NCBI RefSeq assembly: GCF_036321535.1
Contig: NC_087437.1
Span: 41,604,001-41,668,000, forward strand
Reading direction: 5' to 3'
Length of the DNA: 64,000 nt
Source: Camelus dromedarius
Taxonomy: Eukaryota
The translations under genes were made by a program, and so were the position numbers. Shown here piece after piece: positions 1 to 14,538 of the stretch (position 1 is its first letter; each line of letters starts with the position of its first letter). The notes below the pieces were generated by a model that searched no databases, was not told the DNA's origin, and was given only the letters and a program-made list of their open reading frames with translations.

Positions 1-2449
1 AAATCAAGAGACTGTTTCTGAGACAGCTTTTTCTCTGATTGCTCAAAGCACTGTGGTCCAAATATTTTCTAACGTAGGCAGATTTGTCCATTGGCTCAAG
101 ATAGCTTAGCTTAACATCTGCAGGATAACCACTAATTTTATCACCTGTCAAGGACTTTCCCAGGGAGGGTGCAATATTCCGGGAAAATGAAAAGTCAAAG
201 ATAAAAAGAAGTAATTTCCCCACCATTTAATTAAGTGCAGGCAGCATTGGGATGTAAGAGCACAAATGCTCATGCACCATTTTTTTAAAACCAGTTTTGT
301 TTAAAGAACAGTCCTGAAGGTTGAAGATCCTTTCTCTCCCCAACCACGCCCTTCTAGCCCACCATTTTGATAAGATTCTCTTTTTTTTCTTGTGCAGAGA
401 TGAGATTATTCATCTCACTTGATGAAGCTGGACGTCTTTCCCTCCTATTGGTCACTGACTGCAGCTCTAGAATGTGCCTAGTGGTCTAGGGCAGAATGAA
501 ATGAATCTGACGACAACCTCCCCATTACTCCCCACCCCCGACCCAGAGAACCTAGGTTCTGTAAGTCTCCCGGATCTCCAGGATTCTGTACTTGAAGAAC
601 TTCTTGGTGCAAGTCTCATCAGCAATATTACGTATTCTAAAGTTAAAATATACAAATTCGGTTCAGGGATATAGGTACCATAACTATGATGCAACTCATC
701 TCACCTCTTAGTGCAGTAAATGCAGAACTGTGAAAAACCCTGGGATGCTGATTTGAGCTGTAAACAGGCTTCCTCTCAATGCTGGCCAACACTATGTCAA
801 ATGATGACACTGCACATCAGAAGGCCAATGCAACAGGAAAATACCAACTTGGTTGTTACCAGAGAAACAAAATATTATATTTTCCCCCGAAAAACAATTA
901 TTAAGAGATATTTGACTATATGTTGGCTATAAGGCAGAGGCACTAAATTTCTCCCTCTAAATCCAAACACAACCACACTGAAGAAAAAAAATTCATTTTA
1001 ATCAACCTCATGGACCTCCAGGACCGATTAATGCAAGAATAAGTGTTATTTTCAACCCAGTGAAGCTAGTGGCTTTCAGAAACTAAATTATTTATGTGAA
1101 GCAGTGTTTATGAGTCGATGAAATGTCAATTTGGAATGATATGAGCATTAAAAATTTATGACCAAAATAATAATATGGTGTAGCTGGATTAAGGAGGAGC
1201 AATTCTGCTAAATGTACCACTGAGAGATTAATATTTAATAGTATCACTATTTCCTTAGGAAATTTTAAAAATCTTCACACACAATTTAAAAACTGTAAGT
1301 TTCGGGAAGCAGATGAAATTGAAACAAAGGACCTTCTCAGGCAGTAACATTTACTCGGCTGTGCTGTTCAACTGGGACCTCACCAGAGTTCAGGGGCCAT
1401 AAAAACAAAGAAAAGCCGTAACAGTGATACAAAAGGCAGCTGGATAGTACACTGAGGGGAATGAACAAACAGAGGCCAGTGAACATGTGAGGTGGAGGGC
1501 CAGGCTTGCAGGTTCCTCCTCCCAAGCCTGCCTCTGGCAATACTAGCTTTCTGGAGTTTACTCAGATGTCCCCTAGGCACCTCACACTCACGTGAGCTAG
1601 AATTTGGCTCTCTGATTCTGGGTTCGTCCCACTCCCTTTTAATTCCAGATGCACCTTCCCCATGTACCATTTTGATTGGATTGCTCTTCATCCATCACAC
1701 ATCCCACAGCAGTTCACCACTGTGTTGCATTAAGCCCAGACCACTGGCTTGGCTCACAAAGCCCCCACATCCCAGCTGCCTTTCCAGCCTGGACTCCCCT
1801 CCTACCTATGCTAACACATCAACCATGTCACCTTGCTGTGACTGACAAGGCCTTACCGATTCCTGCCTCCAGAATGTTTCCTCACCACATTTGTGAGCAT
1901 ACACTGCTTCAGTTATTTACTTTTTATGACAAAAAGAGCCAACTCAAGGCTCACCGAGAATCTACAGGGTCAATTTCACACTATTACCATGAACTGTCCC
2001 AAAACTGGAGCCAGAACATCACCAATTCTTAATCACCCTTCAACATCAGCTTGACACCATCTGACTGAAACCATTCTCCGATGACTTTGTCTTTTGCTCA
2101 AATGACAGAATAATGAATAAAATGAAATGCTATGTTTGATCTCATCATTTATTATTCAATGACGAAATTTTATTACAATTTCTTGCCTATAACTTAACTG
2201 CCCATATACCTGATTAAAAAACAAAAAAATAAAGTTGCTAATATAAACCATGCTGTGAATTAGGTGAAAACATTTACAATTCAAGAGTAATAGGAAAAAA
2301 ATCAGAACCAGATGAACTTGAACACAGTTAAAATATTCTACCTTTTGTCAAACTCTAAAGAAAAAGCTATGTGTATATGAAAGGCTTTGAAATAGAAAAG
2401 GCATTTCAGAGGCAATAAACATTTAAAAAATTACATCAGCATCTGTTTA

Positions 2450-2602
<153 letters not shown>

Positions 2603-2619
2603 TCATAGGAAGCAAAGGC

Positions 2620-2998
2620 AATTTTAGCCCCAATGCCATCCTCCTCCTCCACTGTGGCAGGTCACCCAGAGTTCTACTGCGAGTCCACGAACAACTTCAT
2701 ATGGGAACAAGAGCCTTTCCTTCTTCCTCTGATGAAAGGAAGAGACAGGCACGCACGCACACACACACACACACAAAGAGGAAAAGCCGCTCTGGGATGG
2801 ATGTTGCATGGGGGTGTGATGTCTAGACAGGTATAGCCATATTGAAATTCTAAGGGGAAAAGCAGAACCTTGAAATTACTACATCACCCTACCAATTCTC
2901 TGACTACCTAATTAAATGAGATAAATAAATCCTCAGTGTTTAAGGCACCTTTAATTGAGCATTCTAGCAACTCAGGCCCCAAGTGTTCTAATTGACAA
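2620..2998 (+). mobile_element. Degenerate MaLR (MLT1-like) LTR with an internal (CA)n
   Basis: The 3' end 'atgagataaataaatcctcagtgtttaaggcac...ttctaattgaca' resembles MLT1 LTR termini; boundaries approximate. Confidence 0.4.
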
Positions 2999-4094
2999 GT
3001 ATGAACACTGACTTCCTATACCAAGGAGCAGTGCCCATGGGAACCTGGGGCTTTCTAAGCAAGGAAGAAGGCAGGCTTGCTGATAGATAAACTTTTTCCA
3101 GTGTGAGCATGGACCCCTACGCTCTTCTTCATGGTGCCATAGATGGCACAGTAGAGCAGCGTCACTTTTTCCCCTTAGGGTTGAGTTCAAAGTCATTGCC
3201 TAAGTTAAACTGGTAAGTGGTGTAACTCCTCTGTAATGGGGAAAACAAACGAAAAAGAAACAATAAAGAAAATTTCATCTGCTGAAATACTAGACCTGAA
3301 GGGGCAGGAGTAGACTGTGTAAGGAACAAAGCCTTACAGAATACTAGGGTGGAATATTCCATGGCCAGGCAGTCTTCTAAGCATGTGAAAAGAGTAGGGT
3401 TCTAAGGAGCTAAAGATATTAAAAGAAGTAATTTTATGCTCTATTTCATTCAGTTAAAGGAAAAAATCCCCAGAGATAAAGTATCCAAAGGAAACATATA
3501 TGGGGTAAGATAAATAAGAAAACAGAGGAAAGGAGGGGTGTATACAATATAAATACTTATATATTTGGCTTAGAGTAGGAAACAATTCAAAGGTAATGTA
3601 CGCCCAAACAAACAAACAAAAAATGAAGCAATTGATAGGAAAAGATTTGAAATCTTTGAAAACAGATCTGTCTTAAATAGAACAGTATATTACTAGGCAT
3701 TGCTAGTTCACTGAAAGTAGGACATATCAAACAACATATATATACACTTGCAATTTTTGATGTACACATTAATTTTGTGTTCAGTGGACTTCAGTTTGGG
3801 GGCCGCTTTTAAGTCTATACTCTGCAATTAAGTCTTTATCACCTTTAATCTAAAAGCACTATGTACTTTGAATGCAGAATACTCTACTAGATACTTTGAA
3901 GGATCTTAATCTAGCGCTCAAGTAGAACTTGATTTTGAGGATAATGCATAAAAAGATAAAAATACTGATAATCATGCTATAAACAAAGTTTAAACAATGG
4001 CAAGGAGAGAACAGCTATGACTCACAAGCATCATTATGTTAGGATCTTTACTAAGTAATGATTAGATAAACAAAACTTGAAAGAATTGTATAAT

Positions 4095-4255
4095 ACTACA
4101 TTTCAATGAGTCTAGGACAGCAGTGACTGTAAGATGCATCAATACTGTGTGTACCACTAAGAAAGAAAAACAATGACAGCTACAGCTATGAGACGTTACT
4201 GAGTGTAAGGTGCATCTTGATTTCAGAGATGTTAAAGTAAATGCTCCTCTTAGAA
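4095..4255. mobile_element. Tc2/MER104-like DNA transposon fragment
   Basis: 'catttcaatgagtctagga...gactgtaagatgcatc...gcatcttgatttcagagatgttaaa' resembles MER104/Kanga sequence; recalled, not searched. Confidence 0.4.
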
Positions 4256-4257
4256 GA

Positions 4258-5520
4258 TTTTATAGCTTTAAGTGCTCATATAAGAAAGAAAAAGCTTAAA
4301 ATCAATGATCAGAGCTTCTATCTTAAGAAGATAGAAAAAAGACTAAATTAAACCCAAAGTAAGAAGGATAGGAAAAACGGATAAGAGTGGAACTCAATGC
4401 AATGTAATACAGAAAAACAATAGAGAAAACTCAATAAAACCAAAATCTAGCCCTTTGAAAAGATTTTAAAAAATGACAAACCAGTTAAATTAAAAGAAAA
4501 AAAGAGAGTTTAACTATTTTAGATTCCTCATGTAAATGCGAAGAAACCGTTTGAGTAGGATAATATCAATCCTACTCAAAGTCTCTCAGGAAACGAGGAG
4601 GAAACACTAACTCATATAATGAGGCTAGCATTATCCTAATACCAAATCAAATAAGGACAATCAAAGAAAAGAAAAAAATTAAGTACAATATCCCTAACAA
4701 TTATAGAGGCAAAAATCTTTACCAAAACCTCATAATCTATAAAAAGGATAACAGATTATGACAAAGTGGGATTATTTCTAAGAACACAAGGTTGGTTTAA
4801 AAATTGCAAATTAAATCAACGCAATTCAGCACATTAACAGGAAAAGAAAACCCAAAAAAATGATCATTTCAATAAATGCAGAAAAATGTTTTGACAAAAT
4901 TCAATAAATACCCATTCACAGTAAAAAATTGTAAGTAGAAAGGAATTTCTTCAAATAGAAGGCACCTATTTAAAAAATCTACCTGAAGCATATAATCTAA
5001 GACTGAAAACTTTTCTCCTAAGACTGATAACAAGGCAAAGATGTCCTTTCTCATCACTTCTATTCAACACTTTATTGATGATGCTAGCCAATGCAAAAAA
5101 AAAAAAGAAGAAAGAAAGAAAAGAAAAGAAAAGAAAAAAGGAAAAGAAGAAAAAAAAACAAAGCATAAGGATTATAAAGGAAAATGGTAAACTTCATTCA
5201 CACATCACATGATCATCTATGGGGAAAATCCTAAGGCTTCTACAAAAAATCTACTAGCCCTGGGAAGTGAATTAAGCAAGATTTCAGTAAATAAGATCAA
5301 TATAAAAAATCAATTGCATTTCTGTATGCTGGCAGTGAAAGACTGGAACATGAATTTTTAAATGCCATACACAATAACAAAAACATGAGTTACTTAGTGA
5401 TCAGTGCAAGGACCTGTATATGGAAAGTATAAAGAATAGCTGAGAAAATTTAAATAAGAACTAAAAAAAAAAAAAAAAGGAGAGATATATAGTGTTTATG
5501 AATTGGAAGACTCAATACTG
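4258..5520 (+). mobile_element. Old L1 (L1M-type) ORF2 remnant, with an A/GAAA-rich tract at ~5095-5160
   Basis: A-rich decayed ORF2 motifs: 'aataaatgcagaaaaatgttttgacaaaattcaa' ([15 protein letters not shown]), 'aacaaggcaaagatgtcc', 'gaattggaagactcaata'. Confidence 0.8.
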
Positions 5521-5849
5521 AGGAAGAAGAACAAAATTTGACATACCGTCTAACCAGTGGTGATTTTACCATTTTTTCCCCTTTGATTCCTCATCCTGGA
5601 AGGAGAAGCTGGAAAAGGGCATTGGCACAGGTAGAAAGAACTCCAGGAGGAATCCTCAAGTTCAGGCTTGAGGAGGAAGCGTGGGTTCTTCTGGGTGCTA
5701 GGGGTGGCAGGGAAGGGCGCAAAGGCATCAAAAACTCTGAGGGAGTGGAACTTTCCTCTCCAGCTGGAAGAGTTGTGGTTCCAAGAGGATAATATAAATA
5801 TCTATTGCTTGGCTCTGGACACAAAGTGTCATTGCAGAAAGTGTTTGGC

Positions 5850-7020
5850 AGAGCAGGGTAAATAAAGCCACAACTTTCTAGTTAGAGGACTATAAAGAGA
5901 AGCCACAGACAACCCATGAGTAGTGGGTAGATCGTGGAGAGAGAGGAGCTCAGAAAAGCAACACTATAAAGTTGTTTATGAACTTCTAGCTCACTCCCAA
6001 GCTGCTCATGGATTTGATCTTAAACATTATACTAAAGAATCTGAGAATTGAAATAAGAAATAGACCACTGCCCAGTCTGGCTGCTAGGTGGAGTACATAG
6101 GGGACAGATCTGAACAGCACTGCAAATGCTTTGAAAATAAAGCTGACATTAAAAACACACAGAAGAAAGCTAGCTGGAACATTCTGCATGAACCCAAATG
6201 AGCCAGTTTCCTGCTAAAACAAAAATACCAACATTCTCCATAAGATTTAAATAAGACCTAGAGTCATAATATTAAAAATCTCCAGAATATAATAAAAAAT
6301 TACTTGGCATACAAAGAATTAGAAAAGTCTCAACTTGCAGGAAAGTCATTCAACAAATATCAATGCCAAAATGACATAAATGTTGGAATTACTTAATGTA
6401 ATTCTTTGCCAGATATTATAAAAATGTTTCAATAAGTAAGGGTAAACACTCTTAAAATGAATGGATAGACAAAAAGTCTCAGCAAAGAAATAAAGATATA
6501 AATGAGAACCAAAGAGAAATTTTCAAACTGAGAAATACAACTACAAAAAACAAACAAACTCTTACTGGATAGACTCAGTACCAGAACAGAGGTGACAAAG
6601 GAAAGAATCAGTGAACTTAAAGACAGATAAATTATCTAATTTGAATAACAAAGAGAAGAAAAGATTGGAAAAAAATGAACAGTCTCAGAGACCTGTGGGT
6701 CAATACTAAAAGACACTATTTGTGCAATCAGAGACTCAGAAAGAGAGAAATAGGGAAATGCAGGGAAAAAAAATTGAAGAAGTAATGTATGAAAATTACT
6801 CAAATTTGATGAATGACATAAACCTACAGATTTAAGAAGCTTGATGAACCCCAAACAGAATAAACTCAAATACCATAATCAAACTGCTGAAAACTAAAGA
6901 CAGAGGGAAAATGCTGAAAGCACTTAAAAGAAAAACAATGCATCATTTAGAGGGAAACAGTGATTCAAAATGAATGTGAACTTCTCATCAGAAAACACAG
7001 GCCAGAATGAAATGGAGCAA
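5850..7020 (+). mobile_element. Old L1 5'UTR/ORF1 remnant
   Basis: ORF1-like motifs 'aaatgaacagtctcagagacctgtggg', 'aaacctacagatttaagaagc', 'cataatcaaactgctgaaaactaaagac', 'ttctcatcagaaaac'. Confidence 0.7.
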
Positions 7021-7256
7021 CTTATAACTAGAATGGATAAAGATCTTCTACTATTTTGTAATAAGAAGGCAATGCAAAAAAAAAAAAGAGAAAAAAAATG
7101 CGATTTGAACATATTTCCAAAAAAGCTAAACAAATATCCAAAAATCACAGGAAAATATGCTTAACGTGAAAAGATGTTGCTAATGTAAATTAAAACCACA
7201 ATGAGATACTGCTACATACCCTTTGGGATCACTAATGTTAAAAAATTAAATACACT

Positions 7257-10200
7257 AAAATACCTTGAGATAAATGAAAATGAAAACACCACCACACAAA
7301 ATTTATGGGACGCAGCAAAGGCAGTGCTAAGAGGGAAGTTCATGGCAATACAGGCCTTCCTCAAAAAAGAACAATCTCAAATAAACAATCTAACCTATCA
7401 GCTAAAAGAATTAGAAAAAGAAGAGCAAAAACCCCCAAAAGTCAGCAGAAGGAAGGAAATAATAAAGATCAGGGAGGAAATACATAAAATAGAAATTAAA
7501 AAAACAATAGAAAAAAATCAATCAAACCAGAAGCTAGTTTTTTGAAAGAGTAAATAAAATCGACAAACCTCTGGCCAAACTCACAAAGAAGAAAAAGGAG
7601 AGAACACAAATAAGCAAAATAAGAAAGGAAAATGGAAAAATTACAACAAATAACATAGAAATACATAATATCATATGAGAATATTATGAAAAACTATATG
7701 GAACCAAACTGGATAACCTAGAGGAGATGGACAAGTTTCTGGAAACATACTGTCCACCAAAACTGAATCAAGAAGAATCTGAACACTTGAACAATCCGAT
7801 CACTAGAAAGGAAATAGAAATAGCAATTAAAAACCTCCCTACAAATAAAAGTCCAGGACCAGATGGCTTCACCGGGGAATTCTACCAAACATACAAAGAA
7901 GAACTCATACCAGTCCTTCTCAAACTCTTCCAGACGATTGAAAAGGAGGGAATACTCCCAAACTCATTCTATGAAGCCACCATCACCCTGATACCAAAAC
8001 CAGGCAACGACACTACCAAAAAAGAGAATTATAGGCCCATATCACTGATGAACATAGATGCAAAAATCCTCACCAAAATATTAGCAAATAGAATCCAACA
8101 GCACATAAAAAAGATTATACATCATGACCAAGTAGGGTTCATCCCAGGGACACAAGGGTGGTTCAACATACACAAATCAATCAATGTAATATATCACATC
8201 AACAAGAGAAAGGACAAAAACCACCTGATCATCTCAATAGATGCAGAAAAAGCATTTGATAAAATTCAACACACATTTATGATAAAAACTCTCACCAAAG
8301 TGGGTATAAAAGGAACATATTTCAACATAATAAAAGGTATATATGACAAACCTACAGCCAGCATAGTATTCAATGGTGAAAAACTCAAAAGCTTCCCACT
8401 AAAATCTGGGACAAGACAAGGCTGCCCACTATCACTACTCCTATTCAACATAGTCTTGGAAGTCCTAGCCACAGCAATCAGTCAAGAGAGAAATAAAAGG
8501 GATCCAAACTGGAAAAGAAGAGGTAAAAGTGTCACTATATGCCAATGACACAATACCATATATAGAAAACCCTAAAAGCTCCACACAAAAACTACTAGAA
8601 CTAAATGAAGAATTCAGCAAGGTAGGAAGTTACAAGATTAACGTTCAAAAATCAGTTGCATTTCTTTACACTAACGATGAATCAACAGAAAAAGAAAGTA
8701 AAGAAACAATCCCCTTTAAAATAGCACCCAAAGTAATAAAATACTTAGGAATAAATCTAACCAAGGAGGTGAAAGATTTATACATGGAAAACTATAAACC
8801 ACTGATGAAGGAAATTAAAGAAGATTAAAAAAAATGGAAAGATATCCCATGCTCCTGAATTGGAAGAATCAATATTGTTAAAATGGTCACACTGCCCAAA
8901 GCAATCTACAGATTTAATGCATTCCCTGTCAAATTACCCAGGACATATTTCACAGAACTACAACAAATCATAATAAAATTTATATGGAACCATCAAAGAC
9001 CTAGAATTGCCAAAGCATTACTGAAGAAAAAGAAAGAGGCTGGAGGAATAACTCTCCCAGACTTCAGACAATACTACAGAGCTACAGTCATCAAGACAGC
9101 ATGGTCTTGGTACAAAAACAGACATATGGACCAATGGAACAGAATAGAGAGCCCAGAAATGAACCCACAAACTTTTGGTCAACTAATCTTCGACAAAGGA
9201 GGCAAAAATATACAATGGAATAAAGACAGTCTCTTCAGCAAATGGTGTTGGGAAAACTGGACAGCAGCATGTAAATCAATGAAGCTAGAACACTCCCTTA
9301 CACCATACACAAAAATAAACTCAAAATGGATCAAAGACTTAAACATAAGGCAAGATACAACAAACCTCCTAGAATAAAACATAGGCAAAACATTATCTCA
9401 CATATATCTCAAAAATGTTCTCTTAGGGCAGTCTACCCAAGCAATAGAAATAAAAGCAAGAATAAACAAATGGGACCTAATTAAACTTACAAGCTTCTGC
9501 ACAGCAAAGGAAACCATAAACAAAACAAAATGACAAACTACAGAATGGGAGAAAATTTTTGCAAAAGATAAAACTGACAAAGGCTTGATCTCCAGAATAT
9601 ATAAGCAGCTCATACGACTTAATAAGAAAAAAACAAACAACCCAATCCAAAAATGGGCAGAAGACCTAAACAAACAATTTTCCAAGGAAGAAATACAAAT
9701 GACCCATAGGCACATGAAAAAGTGGTCAATATCACTCAGTATCAGAGAAATGCAAATCAAAACTACAATGAGGTATCACCTCACACCAGGCATAATGGCT
9801 GTCATTCAAAAGTCCACAAATGACAAATGCTGGAGAGGCTGTGGAGAAAAGGGAACCCTCCTACACTGCTGGTAGGAATGCAGTTTGGTGAGGCCACTGT
9901 TGAAAACAGTATGGAGATTCCTCAAAAGACTAGGAATAGACTTACCATATGACCCAGGAATCCTGCTCCTGGGCATATATCCAGAAGGAACCCTACTTCA
10001 AAAAGACACCTGCACCCCAACGTTCATAGCAGCACTATTTACAATAGCCAAGACATGGAAACAACTGAAACGTCCATCAACAAATGACTGGATAAAGAAG
10101 TGGTATATTTATACAATGGAATAGTATTCAGCTATAAAAACCGACAACATAATGCCATTTGCAGCCACATGGATGTCCCTGGAGAATGTCATTCTAAGTG

Positions 10201-10585
10201 AAGTAAGCCAGAAAGAGAAAGAAAAATACCATATGAGATTGCTCATATGTGGAATCTAAAAAAAAAAGAACATAAATACAAAACAGAAACAGAATCACAG
10301 ACATAGAATACAAACTTGTGGTTGCCAACGGGGAGGTGGGTGGAAAGGGACAGACTGGGAGTTCAAAATTTGTAGATACTGACAGGCATATGTAGAATAG
10401 ATAAATAAGATTATACTGTATAGCACAGGGAAATACATACAAGATCTTGTGATAGCTCAGTGAAAAAGAATGTGACAATGAATATATGTATGTTCATGTA
10501 TAACTGAAAAATTGTGCTCCACACTGGAAATTGATACAACATTGTAAACTGACTATAACTCAGTAAAAAAATATTTAAAAAAACC
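7257..10585 (+). mobile_element. 5'-truncated ~3.3-kb LINE-1 (lineage-specific, camelid-type 3'UTR), inactive; antisense to PLD1 in intron 11
   Basis: ORF2 fragments run from KYLEINENENTTTQNLWDAAKAVLRGKF through the RT ([35 protein letters not shown]) to [15 protein letters not shown]. There are several stops and frameshifts, and the catalytic motif reads YAND. A 3'UTR and A-rich tail follow, flanked by a direct repeat. Confidence 0.96.
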
Positions 10586-11489
10586 CCACAATGAGATACT
10601 ACTACGTACCCTTTGGGATCACTAACATTAAAAAAGACACTAAATTTTTAAAATAAATAATTACTAAAGAATTCCAATACACCTTATGAAAAACATAACA
10701 TTAAAATCAACTTAAATGTGTTCTTCTACTTAGAATAGTCTGAGTGTGTGAGCCAGTCAATAATGAAATGTTGATTTTGTTTTTGAACTTTACAGCCTTT
10801 GTCTCCAAGCCCAAAGGAGATCTCGCTTCTGTTTCTCTTCCTTTGATAAACTCCCTCTTTAAAAATCTTGGTTTATGATTCTTCTTCCTTATTCTCCAGT
10901 TTTAATACTCCTGTCTCTCTTAGACCCGTTTAATACACAGACTCAGTACAGACACTGTGGCAGACCCCACCTGCACCCCCACTGCCAACAGGCCACACAA
11001 GGGACTCAACACACTTGCTCCACACATCCCTGCTGGCCAGTGGGGAATCAGAATTCACCATCACTAAGAGGAAGCTGTGCTACGCCACGCTATGTGGATC
11101 CGTCCCAAGTTACAGCAGCGGACTGCAAGCCACACCTTGGTGGCCAGCCTCGTTTTGGGGATCACACCAGCGAACACAGTTTGTCTTTAACCCATCTTTT
11201 GAGTGTTGTCTCCACCCCCCCCATCCCAAAGGATGCTATGCTCAAGCAGTACACCACCTCTACCCTCCTCCAAAACTGCTGTGCTCTCTCACCCCTGTGT
11301 GCCTTGGTCCTGGCTATCCCTCTGCCTAAAACAGTCAGCTGTCTTCATCTGTCAGCTCCATCCCCCAGGACCTGGGCCAGCGTTCTCTGCTGTGAAGCTT
11401 CCACAGCTCCTTCAGGCTCAGTCACTGCCCCTTCCTCTGTGCTCCCCCCACCCCCACGCCTTCTGTTATGCTGACCCTCACCACTGAGT

Positions 11490-11680
11490 TTGCCCCAATC
11501 CCATGTCTCACGCACGACTTCCTGACTGTCTGTTGTTCCCGCATAGGGGCAGCTTCTCATTCATCTTTCTGTGCCCTTGGCCCAGTTCAGTACCTGTCAC
11601 ACAGCAGCTACTCATTAAATAGGTCTGGAATTAATGAGTGAATAAATTACTAAATGAATGGGTGGGTGGTTAAATGAAAT
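11490..11680 (+). mobile_element. L2 3' end fragment
   Basis: 'cagtacctgtcacacagcagctactcattaaataggtctggaattaatgagtgaataaa' resembles the L2 3' terminus. Confidence 0.5.
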
Positions 11681-12459
11681 CACAAAGGAACTCAGTGCTT
11701 CTAGGTCCCAGGTTATTTCTCATTTCACCCTATCTGCCTTTCCTTTCATACTAATGGTTTTAGAAACCGACAAACAGTTTTTGCTTAAGTATATGATGTC
11801 TCTCAAGTGAGTTTAGAAGCTCCTAAAGGGCGTGTGCATCCTCTCACTGTGCATTTCACTTCCTCAGAGCCAGACAAGTCAGGGTGTAGTAAACTTTCTG
11901 AATGCTCTCTTTTGCAATATACTTGCATGACAGGAATTCTCTTCACTTGTTTTGAGGGAGGTTCCTGCGAAGGTTTTATTTCAAAGGAAGTGTTGTAATA
12001 AGTGTTCATGAAAAAGAAACAGCCTCTTGATTCATTTTCGTGCTGACAGTAGAAGAGAAAACATTCAAGGTTTCATCTCTTTAGATGTTTAAATGAGAGT
12101 TTGTACTTTAGTGTTCAGAACCTTGAAAAGAGGTATTATTTGCTCGTGTAAACATGAAAATACGGGCTCAGTGGAAACACTATTTTCAGTCTCTTTCATG
12201 TTCTTGTAAAACTTTCAGAAATACTTTTTAAAGGAATACACGTACTACACTAAGCTTGAATTCATTCTAATAAGTGTTTAGAAAGTATGCAACCAAAGAA
12301 ATAGCTCCTGAGTATGAAACTTTTATTCTTGGTAACTGACTAAAGAGACAAAACTTGGCAAGAATATGAAACCAAGACTAAGCTCCTCCACAAACATGAG
12401 AATAAACAGGTCCACGATAGACAGGCTGACCATCACACACCTTATCCTCCGACTCCAGA

Positions 12460-12680
12460 CAATGATTCTCAACCAAGAGGGACTGTGCTCCCCAGGGGAC
12501 ATCTGGCAATGTCTTAAGACATTTGGGTGATCAAGACTGGGAGTTTGCTACTGGCATCCAGTGGATAAAAGCCAGGGATGCTGATGGTGCTGAATATCCC
12601 ACAATGAGCAGAACAACCCCCCATAACAAAGTAATATCTGGTCCAAAATGTCAATAATGCCAAGGTTGGGAAAACATGCC
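12460..12680. mobile_element. MER20 (hAT-Charlie) DNA transposon
   Basis: 'caatgattctcaacc...ccccaggggacatctggcaatgtc...tgctactggcatccagtgg...gccagggatgctg...ggtccaaaatgtcaataatgccaaggttgggaaa' follows the MER20 consensus. Confidence 0.85.
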
Positions 12681-13519
12681 CTAGAGTTATAGATTTCCAC
12701 ACCACCGAGGCAAAACAGCAGAAGAAGATGAGTTGACATTCCTAATGACTTTCCCCTCCCCCCAAAATCTAGAATTAGGAGGAAATGGGTTATGGTGATA
12801 TTTCCACAGCTCATATATAAGGAAGAATTTGGAAGGAAACAGGATAGGGAAAAATAAGGGGCATTTCAAGCACCAAAGTTCTTAGAAGGAAAACATATTT
12901 TAGACATTTTCAATATTTCCATTGTAGCAAATGTTAGCATCTACAATGGGTTTTCACCGTCTAGACAGATGGGTAATTGAGACTTATGTCAGACTACAAA
13001 GTCTACACCAACTCCAGGAGTAAAATTTCCCAAGGGCTAATGGGTTTTAGATATGAGACTTCCAGTGGCTCTAATAATCATCATAACTCTCATGGATGAC
13101 TTTAAAGGGGGTCAGAAAGTTGAAACCTGATGCATCTCCAAAAAAAGCTGACCGCCTAGTAACTACCAAGCACATTTTAATAGTAATAGCAAATGGAAAT
13201 ATTTCAATTTCAAAGGGAAAATTCAGAAGCAGTATATTCACTGGACCTGGTGACAGATAAACCAATATGAGGAAAGACATTCAAGGAAGCTTATTTTCCA
13301 TTACCTCTACACCTGTATTTGCATTGCAACATAATCTTTACTAAAATGAATATTGAGTATCCGCTTCTAAATGGAAAGACAAAAACAAAATTGTTCAAGT
13401 TAAATATTTTAAGAATATATATGGATGCCAGGTGTTTTGAAAAGACCTTTCACTGGAGGCTATTACAGTTAATGTGTTGAGACTTCGGCCACACCATCTG
13501 TGAGTACTGCTGGTTTTCA

Positions 13520-13711
<192 letters not shown>

Positions 13712-14385
13712 TCATTTTTTAAATGGAAAAAAAAAAGACATCTATCATATTGCAAAATGAAGGATGGAAGCCACTGCTCAAGTCTCCGCAAAATCGCCAG
13801 TTTATATACGTGGAAAACAAGGATTGAAAGCAACGCCTTCTGTCTGCTATACAGGAAGTGCAGTGAGCAGAGAGAAGGAGGCAACCTGATTCTTCTCCGT
13901 GAGAGAATCACAAACTGATGGGTCTCACCATCAGATGGGGTCAGATGGAACTCTTCCATCCTGTTGAACTCATACGTGGTTGTTCTTCTGAGACTGAAAG
14001 CAAGCCAGTTTCTAATTCATGGGTAGAAAAACATGCTAAGCTGGATTTTATTTAAAAGAAATATCTAGCAAGTAAACCCTCTTTCTTAAATTATGGCTAA
14101 TGACTTTAATAAACCTTCTTTTGCATCACTAAGAAAATGTATGAGGTTAGCTTTTAAAATCAAACTTCAAAATCTGAAGTTAACTATCTAAAGTTCACTG
14201 TAAAAAAACTGTAAAAGAAAAAATTGGAAAACGAATCTATGCTCAGGTCATCCTATAAAGAAAGGCCCTTGTTAAGTATAATGCATATCTTTTCACAGCT
14301 TCAAAAACTGATTCCAGGTGATTTTAGACCACCATAATTTTAAATGTTACGGCTACTTTGACAGTCTTAGAGCAAAAAGATCTTA

Positions 14386-14538
<153 letters not shown>

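Noticed and set aside
7727..8548. 273-aa reverse-transcriptase ORF as a novel or domesticated RT system
   Set aside because: It is a fragment of ordinary L1 ORF2, broken by frameshifts and stops, lacking the endonuclease domain and with the catalytic motif changed to YAND.
10875..11474. 199-aa + strand ORF
   Set aside because: No recognisable domain; the Pro/Ser/Cys/Leu-rich composition is typical of C-rich intronic or L2-derived sequence; no splice or promoter support.
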